DNA from: an uncultured bacterium
GTDB taxonomy: Bacteria > Desulfobacterota > Deferrimicrobia > Deferrimicrobiales > Deferrimicrobiaceae
Length of the DNA stretch: 64,000 bases
Direction: 5' to 3'
Assembly: GCA_963741515.1 (NCBI GenBank)
Contig: CAVUIA010000003.1
Coordinates: forward strand, 1,221 to 65,220
The notes beneath the pieces are model-generated. The model was not told the DNA's origin, searched no databases, and was given only the letters and a program-made list of their open reading frames with translations. This document shows positions 47,212-55,743 of this stretch, in pieces. Both the position numbers and the translations under genes were made by a program. Every line of letters begins with the position of its first letter. Position 1 is the first letter of the stretch.

Positions 47212-47988
47212 ATGATCCGAAGAGTGCTCTCCATCGCTTCCAACACCTTCCGGGAAACGATCCGGAACAAGATCCTCTACGCCATCCTGGCCTTCGCCCT
47301 CTTCGTCATCGGGATGACCTTCTTCCTGGCCGACCTCTCCGTCGGCGACTTCGCCCGCATCATCGCCGATGTGGGGCTGGCCAGCATCCACGTGTTCGGC
47401 GTCGTCATGGCGATCTTTCTCGGGATCACGCTGATCAGCAACGAGGTGGACCGCAAGACCATCTACCTCATCCTGTCCAAGCCGGTGCGGCGCCACGAGT
47501 TCATCCTCGGAAAGGCGCTGGGCTTGAGCATCACCCTGGCGCTGACGACGCTGGCGATGGCGGCGGTGCTGTTCGTCGTCCACATGGCGTACGAGTTCGG
47601 CGGGAGGGCGGAGCCCGGCATCCTCATCGCCTCCGTGGGGATCTACATGGAGCTGGTCCTGCTGACCTGCCTCGCCACCTTCTTCTCCACGTTCACCACG
47701 CCGGTCCTGAGCGCCATCTTCACGATCTCCCTGTTCCTCCTGGGCCACCTGACCGGCTACCTCCATTCCATCGCGGACCAGTCGACCATGCTGACGGTCC
47801 GGGTGGGGGGGCGCGCGCTGTTCTACCTCCTGCCGAACCTCGAGATCTTCAACTGGAAGAACGAGGTGGCCTACGGGGGGGTGCGGTCGGCGGCGGTCCT
47901 CGGGTGGGCGGCGGGGTACCTGGTCTGCTATTCCGCGTGCGTGCTGTTCCTTTCCTGCCTTCTCTTCGCCCGGAAGGATTTCAAGTAG
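47212..47988 (+). CDS. ABC-2 type transporter permease (PilI-like)
   Basis: 6-TM protein, MIRRVLSIASNTFRETIRNKIL... Confidence 0.8.
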   Translation: MIRRVLSIASNTFRETIRNKILYAILAFALFVIGMTFFLADLSVGDFARIIADVGLASIHVFGVVMAIFLGITLISNEVDRKTIYLILSKPVRRHEFILGKALGLSITLALTTLAMAAVLFVVHMAYEFGGRAEPGILIASVGIYMELVLLTCLATFFSTFTTPVLSAIFTISLFLLGHLTGYLHSIADQSTMLTVRVGGRALFYLLPNLEIFNWKNEVAYGGVRSAAVLGWAAGYLVCYSACVLFLSCLLFARKDFK

Positions 47989-47991
47989 GAA

Positions 47992-48756
47992 ATGACTCCC
48001 CTGGGGATCGGATTCCTGTTTCTCGCGGGAGCCTGCATCGGCAGCTTCCTGAACGTGGTCGTCCACCGCCTGCCCCGGGGAGAGTCGATCGTTTTCCCGG
48101 CATCCCGCTGCCCGTCGTGCGGCCGGCCGATCCGGCCGCGGGAGAACATCCCCATCCTCGGGTTCCTGCTTCTGCGGGGGAAATGCGCCGGCTGCGGCGG
48201 CCCGATTTCCCCCCGGTACCCGCTGGTGGAGGCGTTGACGGCCGTCGGTTTCGCGGCCATCGCGTGGCATGCCGGAAACGGCTGGGAGATGTTCCGCGAT
48301 CTCCTGTTCTTTTCCCTTCTCGTGCCGATCGCCTTCATCGACATCGACCACAGGATCATCCCCGACGAGCTTTCCCTCGGCGGCCTCGCCGCGGGGCTGC
48401 TCCTTTCCTTCCTTCCCGGCGGGGATTGGAAAAGAAGCCTGCTGGGGGCGTTCCTCGGAGGCGGCGCCCTTTACGCCACCGCTTTCGTTTACGAGAAGGC
48501 CCGCGGGGTCGAGGGGATGGGGGGAGGCGACATCAAGCTGATGGCGATGATCGGCGCGTTCCTCGGGTGGCGCGGCGCGGCCCTGACGATATTCCTCGGG
48601 TCGGTCCTCGGCGTGGGTGGCGGGCTGGCCGCGATGCGAAAGGGAGGGGAGGGGCTCAAGACGGCCATCCCCTTCGGGCCTTTCCTGTGCGTCGCCGCCC
48701 TGCTGGCCCGTTACCTGGGAGAATGGTTCTGGAGGAGGATCTTCACTTATATTTGA
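47992..48756 (+). CDS. pilD: prepilin peptidase (A24 family)
   Basis: N-terminal Cys cluster CPSCGRPIRP...CAGCGGPI and conserved catalytic Asp regions (...IDIDHRIIPDE... and ...MGGGDIKLMAMIGAFLG). Confidence 0.9.
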   Translation: MTPLGIGFLFLAGACIGSFLNVVVHRLPRGESIVFPASRCPSCGRPIRPRENIPILGFLLLRGKCAGCGGPISPRYPLVEALTAVGFAAIAWHAGNGWEMFRDLLFFSLLVPIAFIDIDHRIIPDELSLGGLAAGLLLSFLPGGDWKRSLLGAFLGGGALYATAFVYEKARGVEGMGGGDIKLMAMIGAFLGWRGAALTIFLGSVLGVGGGLAAMRKGGEGLKTAIPFGPFLCVAALLARYLGEWFWRRIFTYI

Positions 48757-49180
48757 ACGTGGAGTTGTCGCAATGCGTCGGCTCCCCGGTCTTGGTGATG
48801 TACCAGCAGTCCCCCAGCATCTGGCCGACGCCCATCGCCAATCCGTAGTAATCCTTCCCCGTGTTGTCCAAGGTCACCGTGATCACGTAAAAGGGGTACT
48901 TCAGCGGATCGTAGCCCAGGTCGCTGACGTTCGTGGAGTATTGGCCGACGTCCCCGAAGATGATCTCCTCGCTCTTGTGCAGATGCTTCAGGGCGACCTG
49001 CGCCTGCGTCATGCGCGCCTTGTCCATCATCTGGCGATATCCGTAGACGGCGATGGTGGCGAGGATCCCGATGATCGCGACGACGATCAGGAGCTCCAGA
49101 AGGGTGAAGCCGCGCGAACCTTCGGCCGGAGGGAAAACGCGCCGGGAAGGGCGGGGCGGAGGGAAGCCGGAAGCGGTCAT
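48743..49180 (-). CDS. prepilin-type N-terminal cleavage/methylation domain protein (pilin-like, minor pilin or pseudopilin)
   Basis: ...AEGSRG|FTLLELLIVVAIIGILATIAVYGY..., preceded by an unusually long 24-aa Pro-rich leader. Convergent with pilD, 14-nt overlap. Confidence 0.75.
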   Translation of the reverse strand: MTASGFPPPRPSRRVFPPAEGSRGFTLLELLIVVAIIGILATIAVYGYRQMMDKARMTQAQVALKHLHKSEEIIFGDVGQYSTNVSDLGYDPLKYPFYVITVTLDNTGKDYYGLAMGVGQMLGDCWYITKTGEPTHCDNSTFKYK

Positions 49181-49677
49181 GGCCTGGTTTTCCTCCCGGC
49201 GAGCTTGCCGGACAGCTCCGTGAGCAGTTCCGCCGTGGGCTGAAAGCAATCCTTGTCGCGGAACGTGATCTTCTCCGGGTATTCGTCCTTCAAAAACTGG
49301 CGCAGCACCGCGTCGATCCGGTAGAGAGGCCCCGCGATGCGGTTGGAGAAGATGAGGACATACACGAACAGCCCTCCGAACGACAGGAGCGCCGCCGGCC
49401 AGATCCGCTTGTGGAGGACGAGCAGTTCCTGCGCGGCGGGTTCGAGCGATTCGATGTCTTGCGTGGTCGCGAGGACGAAGATGGAGGGGGCGAACACCAG
49501 CACGAGCCCCGTGACGAAGAGGACGGTCATCACCAGGATGAGCCGGAACGCCAGCCCGAACTGGAACGGACGGTCGACCAGCCTCGTACGGCGACGGTTT
49601 TCCTCTTGCGCCAAAGTCGCCTCCCCGATGCGTTTTTGATATTCTACGTTGCGTGACTCACGAGTCAATCGGAACAT
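49177..49677 (-). CDS. hypothetical 2-TM membrane protein, co-transcribed with the pilin-like gene (ATGA overlap)
   Basis: ORF with two hydrophobic helices (FGLAFRLILVMTVLFVTGLVLVF; WPAALLSFGGLFVYVLIF). No family recognized. Confidence 0.45.
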   Translation of the reverse strand: MFRLTRESRNVEYQKRIGEATLAQEENRRRTRLVDRPFQFGLAFRLILVMTVLFVTGLVLVFAPSIFVLATTQDIESLEPAAQELLVLHKRIWPAALLSFGGLFVYVLIFSNRIAGPLYRIDAVLRQFLKDEYPEKITFRDKDCFQPTAELLTELSGKLAGRKTRP

Positions 49678-51182
49678 CCGCCGGATGGCCGGGTTTGCGG
49701 AAACCGCTTTCGATCCGCGCCGGCGTGCTGATCCAGCTCGCGCTGGTCGCCACCGCCTCGCTCGCGCTGCTCGCCGTCTTCGCCCTGAAGGTCATCGAGG
49801 TCGCCCTGGAGCGCCGCCACGTCGAGGCGGGCGTGTCGGTCGCCGAGGTGGTCCGGCGGGCGATGGAAAAAGACGTCGTCTATTCCGGCGCCCTCTCTCC
49901 GTACATAAGGGGAATCACCCTCCTGAAGGAAGGCCCGGCGGAAGGGCGGCCCGTGGTGGTCCCCGTCGGGGAGAAGGTCTTCCCGCTGCTGCCGATCTAT
50001 CCCACGGTGGACGTGACGCTGCCGTTCTCGCCTCCCGCGTCCGTCGCCGCGCGGGACGGCGTCGATGCCCCGCGGGGGATCCGCGTCCGGTTCCACTCTC
50101 CGGGGATCGCCGACGAGGTCCGCACCCTGATGAACGTCACGCTGGTGCTCGCGGCGATCGACGTGGCGGTCCTGGTCCTGTTCGGCGGGTTCCTCCTGAA
50201 CCGCATCGTGATCTCGCCGATACGCCGGCTCGCATCCACCTCGGAACGGATCGCCGCGGGAGATTACGCGACCCGCGCCGAGGGCGGCGCGGGGAGCGAG
50301 CTGGACCAGCTCGCCTCCTCGTTCAACAAGATGGTCGACGGGATCCTCGAGGCCCAGGAGCGCCTTCGCCGTTCCGGGCAGGAGATGGCCCGCTCGGAGA
50401 AGCTGGCCACCGTCGGCCGCCTGGCCGCCGGGGTGGCGCACGAAGTGGGAAGCCCGCTGATGGCGATCCGGGCCTACGCCGAGCATCTGCTGCGGCATCG
50501 GCCGGGGCGGGAGGAATCGGAAGAGTGCCTCGGCAAGGTGATCGGGGAAACCCGCAAGATCGAGCAGATCGTGCACGGCCTGCTTTCCGTCGCCTCTACC
50601 GGCGGGGGCCGGGAAGGCGCCACGGACATCAACGCCGTCGTGCGCAACACGATCGAGATGGTCTCCTTTCGCGACCTCTTCCGGGAGGTGGAGGTCGCAC
50701 TCGATTGCGCCGAGGTCCCCGCCGCGGCGATCCTCGAGGACCGTTTCCGCCAGGTTCTCCTGAACCTCGTGCTCAACGCGGTGGACGCCATGGGGGGGAA
50801 AGGGCTGTTGACGGTGCGGACATGGACGATGGAAAACTGGAACCCGGCCGCGGGAAAGGCGCTGCAGCGCAGGGCGACCGACCCTCAAGGGATGGACGCC
50901 GGGTTCCTGCGGAGCGGCGGAAGCGACGCCGGACGCGGCGTGGCGGTCTCCGTCGCCGACACGGGCGGCGGGATCCCGGCGGCGGACCTTCCGCTGGTCT
51001 TCGATCCGTTCTTCACGACCAAGGAGCCCGGGAAGGGGACGGGGCTCGGGCTGTCGGTGTCGAGGACGATCGTCGAAGGCGCGGGGGGCGAGATCCGGGT
51101 CGAGAGCGGGGCGGGGAAAGGGACGACCTTCACCGTCATCCTGCCGCCGGCGAGGAAGGAAGGGGCGCAGGGAAATGGCTGA
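49653..51182 (+). CDS. sensor histidine kinase (TM, HAMP, HisKA, HATPase); PilS2-like by context
   Basis: HAMP (RRLASTSERIAAGDYATRAEGG...), H-box LATVGRLAAGVAHEVGSP, and G-boxes DTGGGIP...GTGLGLSV. The start is ambiguous: GTG 49653 (ORF track) or in-frame TTG 49695, which avoids overlap with the divergent gene. Confidence 0.8.
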   Translation: MTHESIGTSAGWPGLRKPLSIRAGVLIQLALVATASLALLAVFALKVIEVALERRHVEAGVSVAEVVRRAMEKDVVYSGALSPYIRGITLLKEGPAEGRPVVVPVGEKVFPLLPIYPTVDVTLPFSPPASVAARDGVDAPRGIRVRFHSPGIADEVRTLMNVTLVLAAIDVAVLVLFGGFLLNRIVISPIRRLASTSERIAAGDYATRAEGGAGSELDQLASSFNKMVDGILEAQERLRRSGQEMARSEKLATVGRLAAGVAHEVGSPLMAIRAYAEHLLRHRPGREESEECLGKVIGETRKIEQIVHGLLSVASTGGGREGATDINAVVRNTIEMVSFRDLFREVEVALDCAEVPAAAILEDRFRQVLLNLVLNAVDAMGGKGLLTVRTWTMENWNPAAGKALQRRATDPQGMDAGFLRSGGSDAGRGVAVSVADTGGGIPAADLPLVFDPFFTTKEPGKGTGLGLSVSRTIVEGAGGEIRVESGAGKGTTFTVILPPARKEGAQGNG

Positions 51183-52566
51183 CCGCATCCTGGTGGTCGA
51201 CGACGAGGCTTCCTTGAGGGACGCCGTGGGAAGGATCCTCTCCGCGGAAGGATACGAGGTCCGGGAGGCGGAGGACGGCCGGGTGGCCTTGCGGGCCCTC
51301 GAGGCGGAGCGGTTCGACTTCATCCTGTGCGACCTGCGGATGCCCGTCATGGGGGGGCTCGACCTGCTCAAGGAGATCACGGCGAAGGGGATTCCCGGGA
51401 CGGTGATCATGATGTCGGCCTTCGGGACGGTGGACACGGCGGTCGAGGCGATGAAGCTGGGCGCCTACGACTACGTCTCCAAGCCGTTCATGAGCGACGA
51501 GATACTGCTGACCCTGCGGAAGGCGTCCGAGCGGGAGCGGTTGAGGACGGAGAACGAGTTCCTGCGGAAGGAGATCGAGAAGGCGGCCCGGCCGGAAGAG
51601 CTGCTGTACGCGGACCCCGCGATGGAGGAGACGGTCCGGACGGCGGAGAAGGTCAAGGACTACGACGCGACGGTCCTCGTGACCGGGGAAAGCGGCACGG
51701 GGAAGGAGCTCGTCGCGCGCCACCTCCATTTCGGGGGGCGCCGGAGGGGGAAGCCGTTCGTCGCCATCAACTGCGGGGCGATTCCCGAAACCCTCCTGGA
51801 AAGCGAACTGTTCGGATACCGCAAGGGCGCGTTCACCGAGGCCAGGAAGGACCGGGCGGGGCTGATCGAGGAGGCGAACCACGGGACCCTGTTTTTGGAC
51901 GAAATCGGCGAGCTGCCGCTGTCGCTGCAGACCAAGCTCCTCCGGTTCCTCCAGGACGGGGAGATCCGGAGACTGGGCGACACGGAAACGCGGCGGGTCG
52001 ACGTGCGCCTGGTGGCCGCCACCGCGCGCGAGCTCGAGGGCGAAGTGACCGCCGGGCGGTTCCGGGAAGACCTGTTCTACCGGCTGAACGTGATCCGGCT
52101 TCACGTGCCTCCCCTGCGGGAACGGCCCGCGGACATCCCCTTCCTGTCCCGCCATTTCCTGACGCATTACTGCGCCAAGTACGGGAAGGCGGGGATGACC
52201 CTTTCCGCGGAGGCGCTGGCGGTCCTGGGGAGCCACGACTGGCGCGGGAACGTCCGGGAGCTGAAGAACCTGATGGAGCGGTGCTCCCTTCTCGGCGGCG
52301 ACCGGGAGATATCGAGGGACGGCCTGATGGCGGTCTGGAAATCCGGCGGCGCGGGCGGACGCGGGCAGGACGCGGCCCTTTCCCACGGGATCCGGATTCC
52401 CGTGTCTCCGGAGCGGCCGGACCTGAAAGGCGCGGTGAGGGAGCTGGAGCGCCAGCTGATCCGGATGGCGCTGGAGCGCAGCGGGGGCAGCAAGCCCAAG
52501 GCGGCGGAGCTGCTCGGGATCAGCCATCCCGCCCTGCTGTACAAGGCGAAGGAGTACGGAATCTAG
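51175..52566 (+). CDS. sigma54-dependent response regulator (NtrC family); PilR2-like by context
   Basis: REC (ILVVDDE...ILCDLRMP), AAA+ (GESGTGKEL, ESELFGY), C-terminal HTH. ATG overlaps the kinase stop. Confidence 0.85.
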   Translation: MADRILVVDDEASLRDAVGRILSAEGYEVREAEDGRVALRALEAERFDFILCDLRMPVMGGLDLLKEITAKGIPGTVIMMSAFGTVDTAVEAMKLGAYDYVSKPFMSDEILLTLRKASERERLRTENEFLRKEIEKAARPEELLYADPAMEETVRTAEKVKDYDATVLVTGESGTGKELVARHLHFGGRRRGKPFVAINCGAIPETLLESELFGYRKGAFTEARKDRAGLIEEANHGTLFLDEIGELPLSLQTKLLRFLQDGEIRRLGDTETRRVDVRLVAATARELEGEVTAGRFREDLFYRLNVIRLHVPPLRERPADIPFLSRHFLTHYCAKYGKAGMTLSAEALAVLGSHDWRGNVRELKNLMERCSLLGGDREISRDGLMAVWKSGGAGGRGQDAALSHGIRIPVSPERPDLKGAVRELERQLIRMALERSGGSKPKAAELLGISHPALLYKAKEYGI

Positions 52567-52617
52567 GGAGTGAAATTTAGCATAATTATACGTCAATATA
52601 TGATAGTTGAAAATATC

Positions 52618-52645
52618 TTGACAGTTATTATAGGAGGGTTATTAT
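52618..52645 (+). promoter_or_regulatory. sigma70-type promoter (TTGACA-N16/17-TATTAT) upstream of the XRE regulator / pilMNOPQ
   Basis: TTGACA at 52618-52623 and TATTAT at about 52640-52645, within a roughly 100-bp island of less than 35% GC. Confidence 0.5.
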
Positions 52646-52668
52646 TTTGCTTGAAAACAAATGTTTAG

Positions 52669-52932
52669 ATGTCAAGAATAAGGATGCCCACAGGGGTGAC
52701 GACCTTGGGAAGCTTGGAAAAAGAAAAACCTAAAGTTGAAGCGAACAATGTCCGAAAAATCAGAGAAGGGCTACTGATGAGCAAGGCGGAACTGGCGCGT
52801 CGCGCCAAGCTGTCCGTCTTGACCATCGACCGGGTGGAAAAGGGTCTGACGTGCCGCATGGATACCAAGCGAAAGATCATCCTTTCGCTTGGCTTGAAGC
52901 TGTCCGACAGGGACAAGGTGTTCAAGCCATAG
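52669..52932 (+). CDS. XRE family helix-turn-helix transcriptional regulator (87 aa), low-GC 5' half
   Basis: ...VRKIREGLLMSKAELARRAKLSVLTIDRVEKG... (HTH_XRE). Sits 22 nt upstream of pilM in an AT-rich island with a near-consensus sigma70 promoter. Confidence 0.75.
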   Translation: MSRIRMPTGVTTLGSLEKEKPKVEANNVRKIREGLLMSKAELARRAKLSVLTIDRVEKGLTCRMDTKRKIILSLGLKLSDRDKVFKP

Positions 52933-52954
52933 GCGGAAGGGCGCGGGGGGAGCG

Positions 52955-54016
52955 ATGGGTCTGTTCGGCAGCAAAGAGGTGATCGGTCTGGACATCGGGT
53001 CGAGCTCGGTCAAGATGGCCCACGTGAAGGGTATCGGCGTCGAGAACCGGCTGCGGAAGTTCGGCGTCTTTCCGCTCCCCGCGGACTCCATCGTCGACGG
53101 CGCCATCATGGATCACGCCGCGGTCGTCGAGGGGATCCAGACCGCGATGCGGGAGCTCAAGGTCCACGAGAAGGAAGTCGCCATCTCCCTTTCGGGGCAT
53201 TCGGTCATCATCAAGAAGGTGCAGCTCGCCACCACCACGGCCGAGGAGCTGGAAGAATCGATCCAGTGGGAGGTGGAGCAGTACATCCCGTTCGACATCA
53301 AGGACGTCAAGATCGACTTCCAGGTCATCGGCCCGCTGAAGGACGACCCGACGAAGATGGACGTCCTCCTGGTCGCGGCGAAGACCGACCTGATCAACGA
53401 CTACATCTCGGTCGTGAAGGAGGCGGGGCTGGTTCCCCGCATCGTCGACATCGACTCCCTCGCGGCCGGGAACGCCTTCGAGCTGACCCATCCGGTTTCC
53501 GAGGAGCAGGTCCCGATGGTGGTGAACGTCGGCGCCTCGTTCATGAACATCAACGTCCTCCACGCGGGGGTGCCGCTGTTCACGCGCGACGTCCCCATGG
53601 GCGGGGGGATGTACACCTCGGAGATCCAGAAGCAGATCGCGGTGAGCTACGAGACGGCCGAGGAGTACAAGATCGGGAAGAAAGACCCGGGGGAGCGCGC
53701 CGCCAAGCTGGAAGAGATCATGAAGGTGGTGTCCAACCTGCTCGCGACGGAAGCGCAAAGGTCCTATAACTTCTTCTCCGCGACGTACCCCGACCGGTTG
53801 GTGACCAAGGTCTACCTGACGGGCGGGGCCGCGAAATCGACCTTCCTGAAAGAGATCCTCGCCGAAAAGATCGGGGTCGGCGTCGAGATCTTCGATCCGA
53901 TCCAAGGGTTGTCGATCGACGAAAAGACCGTCGATCCCGCCGTGGTTTCCCAATTCAACACCTCCGCAACGGTGGCGGTCGGGCTTGCGCTGCGGAACCT
54001 GGAGGGTCACGGATGA
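52955..54016 (+). CDS. pilM: type IV pilus assembly protein PilM (actin-like ATPase fold)
   Basis: MGLFGSKEVIGLDIGSSSVKMA... ...YLTGGAAK... Confidence 0.95.
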   Translation: MGLFGSKEVIGLDIGSSSVKMAHVKGIGVENRLRKFGVFPLPADSIVDGAIMDHAAVVEGIQTAMRELKVHEKEVAISLSGHSVIIKKVQLATTTAEELEESIQWEVEQYIPFDIKDVKIDFQVIGPLKDDPTKMDVLLVAAKTDLINDYISVVKEAGLVPRIVDIDSLAAGNAFELTHPVSEEQVPMVVNVGASFMNINVLHAGVPLFTRDVPMGGGMYTSEIQKQIAVSYETAEEYKIGKKDPGERAAKLEEIMKVVSNLLATEAQRSYNFFSATYPDRLVTKVYLTGGAAKSTFLKEILAEKIGVGVEIFDPIQGLSIDEKTVDPAVVSQFNTSATVAVGLALRNLEGHG

Positions 54017-54546
54017 TCCGGATCAATCTCATCCGGGGGAAACGGAAGAAGCGTCGCGAACTCAATGTGGGGTTCGCATTCCTCCTCGCACCCCTGGTCG
54101 TGTTGCTGGGAACGCTGTACTTCCACACCACGGTCACAGGAAAGATCAAGACGCTCGAACAGGACATCCGGCAGGCCAATGCCGATGTCGCGCGGTTGAG
54201 CAAAGAGATCGGCGAGGTGGAGAAGTTCAAGGCCCGGAAGGCCGAGCTCCAGAAGAAGGTCGACATCATCTCCAGCCTCCAGAAGAACCGGACCGGGCCC
54301 GTCAGGCACTTCGAAGCGCTGTCGGCGGCCATCCCCGAGAAGTGCTGGATCGACAAGCTCGAAATCAGGGGGGAAAGGATCACGGTCGCCGGTGTGGCGT
54401 TGAACAACAACACGGTCGCCAACTTCATGACGGCCCTGGTGCAGACGGGACGCTTCAAGGACGTGGTGCTGGGATCGGCGGACCAGACCCCGGTGTTGAA
54501 CACGAAGCTCGTGCGGTACAACCTGACGTTCCAGGCCGCCGACTGA
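54013..54546 (+). CDS. pilN: type IV pilus assembly protein PilN
   Basis: MIRINLI...single TM, then a coiled coil. ATGA overlap with pilM. Confidence 0.9.
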   Translation: MIRINLIRGKRKKRRELNVGFAFLLAPLVVLLGTLYFHTTVTGKIKTLEQDIRQANADVARLSKEIGEVEKFKARKAELQKKVDIISSLQKNRTGPVRHFEALSAAIPEKCWIDKLEIRGERITVAGVALNNNTVANFMTALVQTGRFKDVVLGSADQTPVLNTKLVRYNLTFQAAD

Positions 54547-54574
54547 TCCGGCGGCCGGAACAGAGAGGGAACGA

Positions 54575-55195
54575 ATGGCGCTGAAACTGGACGACCTCTC
54601 CAAGATACCGACCAAGCAAAAGGTCCTGCTGGCGGTCCTTTTCTCCGCGTTAGTCATCGTCGGATACTATTACCTTTATTACAAGGAAGCCTCCGTCAAG
54701 ATCAACGCGCTCGAGACCCAGTTGACCTCCCTGCGGGCCAAGATCAAGGAGCAGGAAGTGATCGCGGGGAACCTGCAATCCTTCCGGGCGGAAGTCCAGA
54801 GGCTGGAAGGGCAGTTGTCCCTCCTCCTGGAGCAGCTGCCGAACTCCGCGGAGATCCCCTCCCTGCTGAAGAACGTCTCCGACCTGGGGAAGGAATCGGG
54901 GCTCGATTTCCTGAAGTTCGCCCCCGCCGGGGAGGCGAGGAAAGATTTCTACGCGGAAATTCCCGTGTCGATCGTGGTCAACGGGGATTACCACAGCTTC
55001 GCCCGGTTCGCGGACAAGGTGAGCCACTATCCCCGGATCGTGAACCTCTCGAATATCGTCTTCACGAGCCCCAGGACGGCAAGCGGGACCGCCGTCCGCT
55101 CTTCCGTCGCCTGCACGGCAACGACCTACCGCTTCCTGGAAGGGCCACCCCCGACGGATCCCAAGAAACCGGCAGACAAGGGGAAGGCAAAATGA
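54575..55195 (+). CDS. pilO: type IV pilus assembly protein PilO
   Basis: Single TM, then coiled coil (LETQLTSLRAKIKEQE...), then PilO domain ...IPVSIVVNGDYHSFARF... Confidence 0.9.
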   Translation: MALKLDDLSKIPTKQKVLLAVLFSALVIVGYYYLYYKEASVKINALETQLTSLRAKIKEQEVIAGNLQSFRAEVQRLEGQLSLLLEQLPNSAEIPSLLKNVSDLGKESGLDFLKFAPAGEARKDFYAEIPVSIVVNGDYHSFARFADKVSHYPRIVNLSNIVFTSPRTASGTAVRSSVACTATTYRFLEGPPPTDPKKPADKGKAK

Positions 55196-55743
55196 CCCTC
55201 GGTCCCTCGATGTTCCGCGCGTTCGTCGCGCTTGTCGCCGCCACGGCCCTTCTGGCCGGGGTGTCAGGATGCTCCAAGCAGGAGGCACCCCCTCCCGGGC
55301 CCGTGGTGAAGAAGATGGCCCCGCAGCCGGGAGCGGCGCCTCCCCCGAAAGCCGCGGCGGAGGAGAAGAAGCCCGAAGTCCAGGCGAAGCCCGCCTACTC
55401 GCCCGAGGGGAAGCGCGACCCCTTCGTTTCGTTCGTGACGAACGAAGCCGAGAAACAGAAGGAAAACCGGTCGGCCCTGCCGCCGCTGCAGCGGTACGAG
55501 CTGGGCGAACTGAAGATGGTCGGAGCGATCTGGGGCAAGAGCGGGGCGTCGGCCCTTGTCGAGGACGCCGAAGGGAAAGGGTACACGGTCCTCGTGGGGA
55601 ACCGCATCGGGCGTTCCGGAGGAGTGGTGACCCGGATCACGGACAAGGAAATCACGGTGAAGGAAGAATTCCCGGCCGCCGACGGGAAAACGGTGTCCAG
55701 GGAGAGCGTGTTGCAGCTCACAACGGCAGGAGGGAACCAATGA
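55192..55743 (+). CDS. pilP: type IV pilus assembly lipoprotein PilP
   Basis: Lipobox LLAGVSGCS, Pro/Ala-rich linker, and C-terminal PilP beta domain. ATGA overlaps at both ends. Confidence 0.85.
   Translation: MTLGPSMFRAFVALVAATALLAGVSGCSKQEAPPPGPVVKKMAPQPGAAPPPKAAAEEKKPEVQAKPAYSPEGKRDPFVSFVTNEAEKQKENRSALPPLQRYELGELKMVGAIWGKSGASALVEDAEGKGYTVLVGNRIGRSGGVVTRITDKEITVKEEFPAADGKTVSRESVLQLTTAGGNQ

Noticed and set aside
49653-49700. A 25-nt overlap of the divergent starts of the histidine kinase and the minus-strand membrane gene.
   Set aside because: Probably an artefact of taking the first GTG. An in-frame TTG at 49695 gives a normal N-terminal TM helix (LRKPLSIRAGVLIQL..) and removes the overlap.
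54547-54574. Short GC palindromes (for example CCGGCGGCCGG) in intergenic spacers.
   Set aside because: Expected by chance in GC-rich sequence. Too short and too common to call regulatory.
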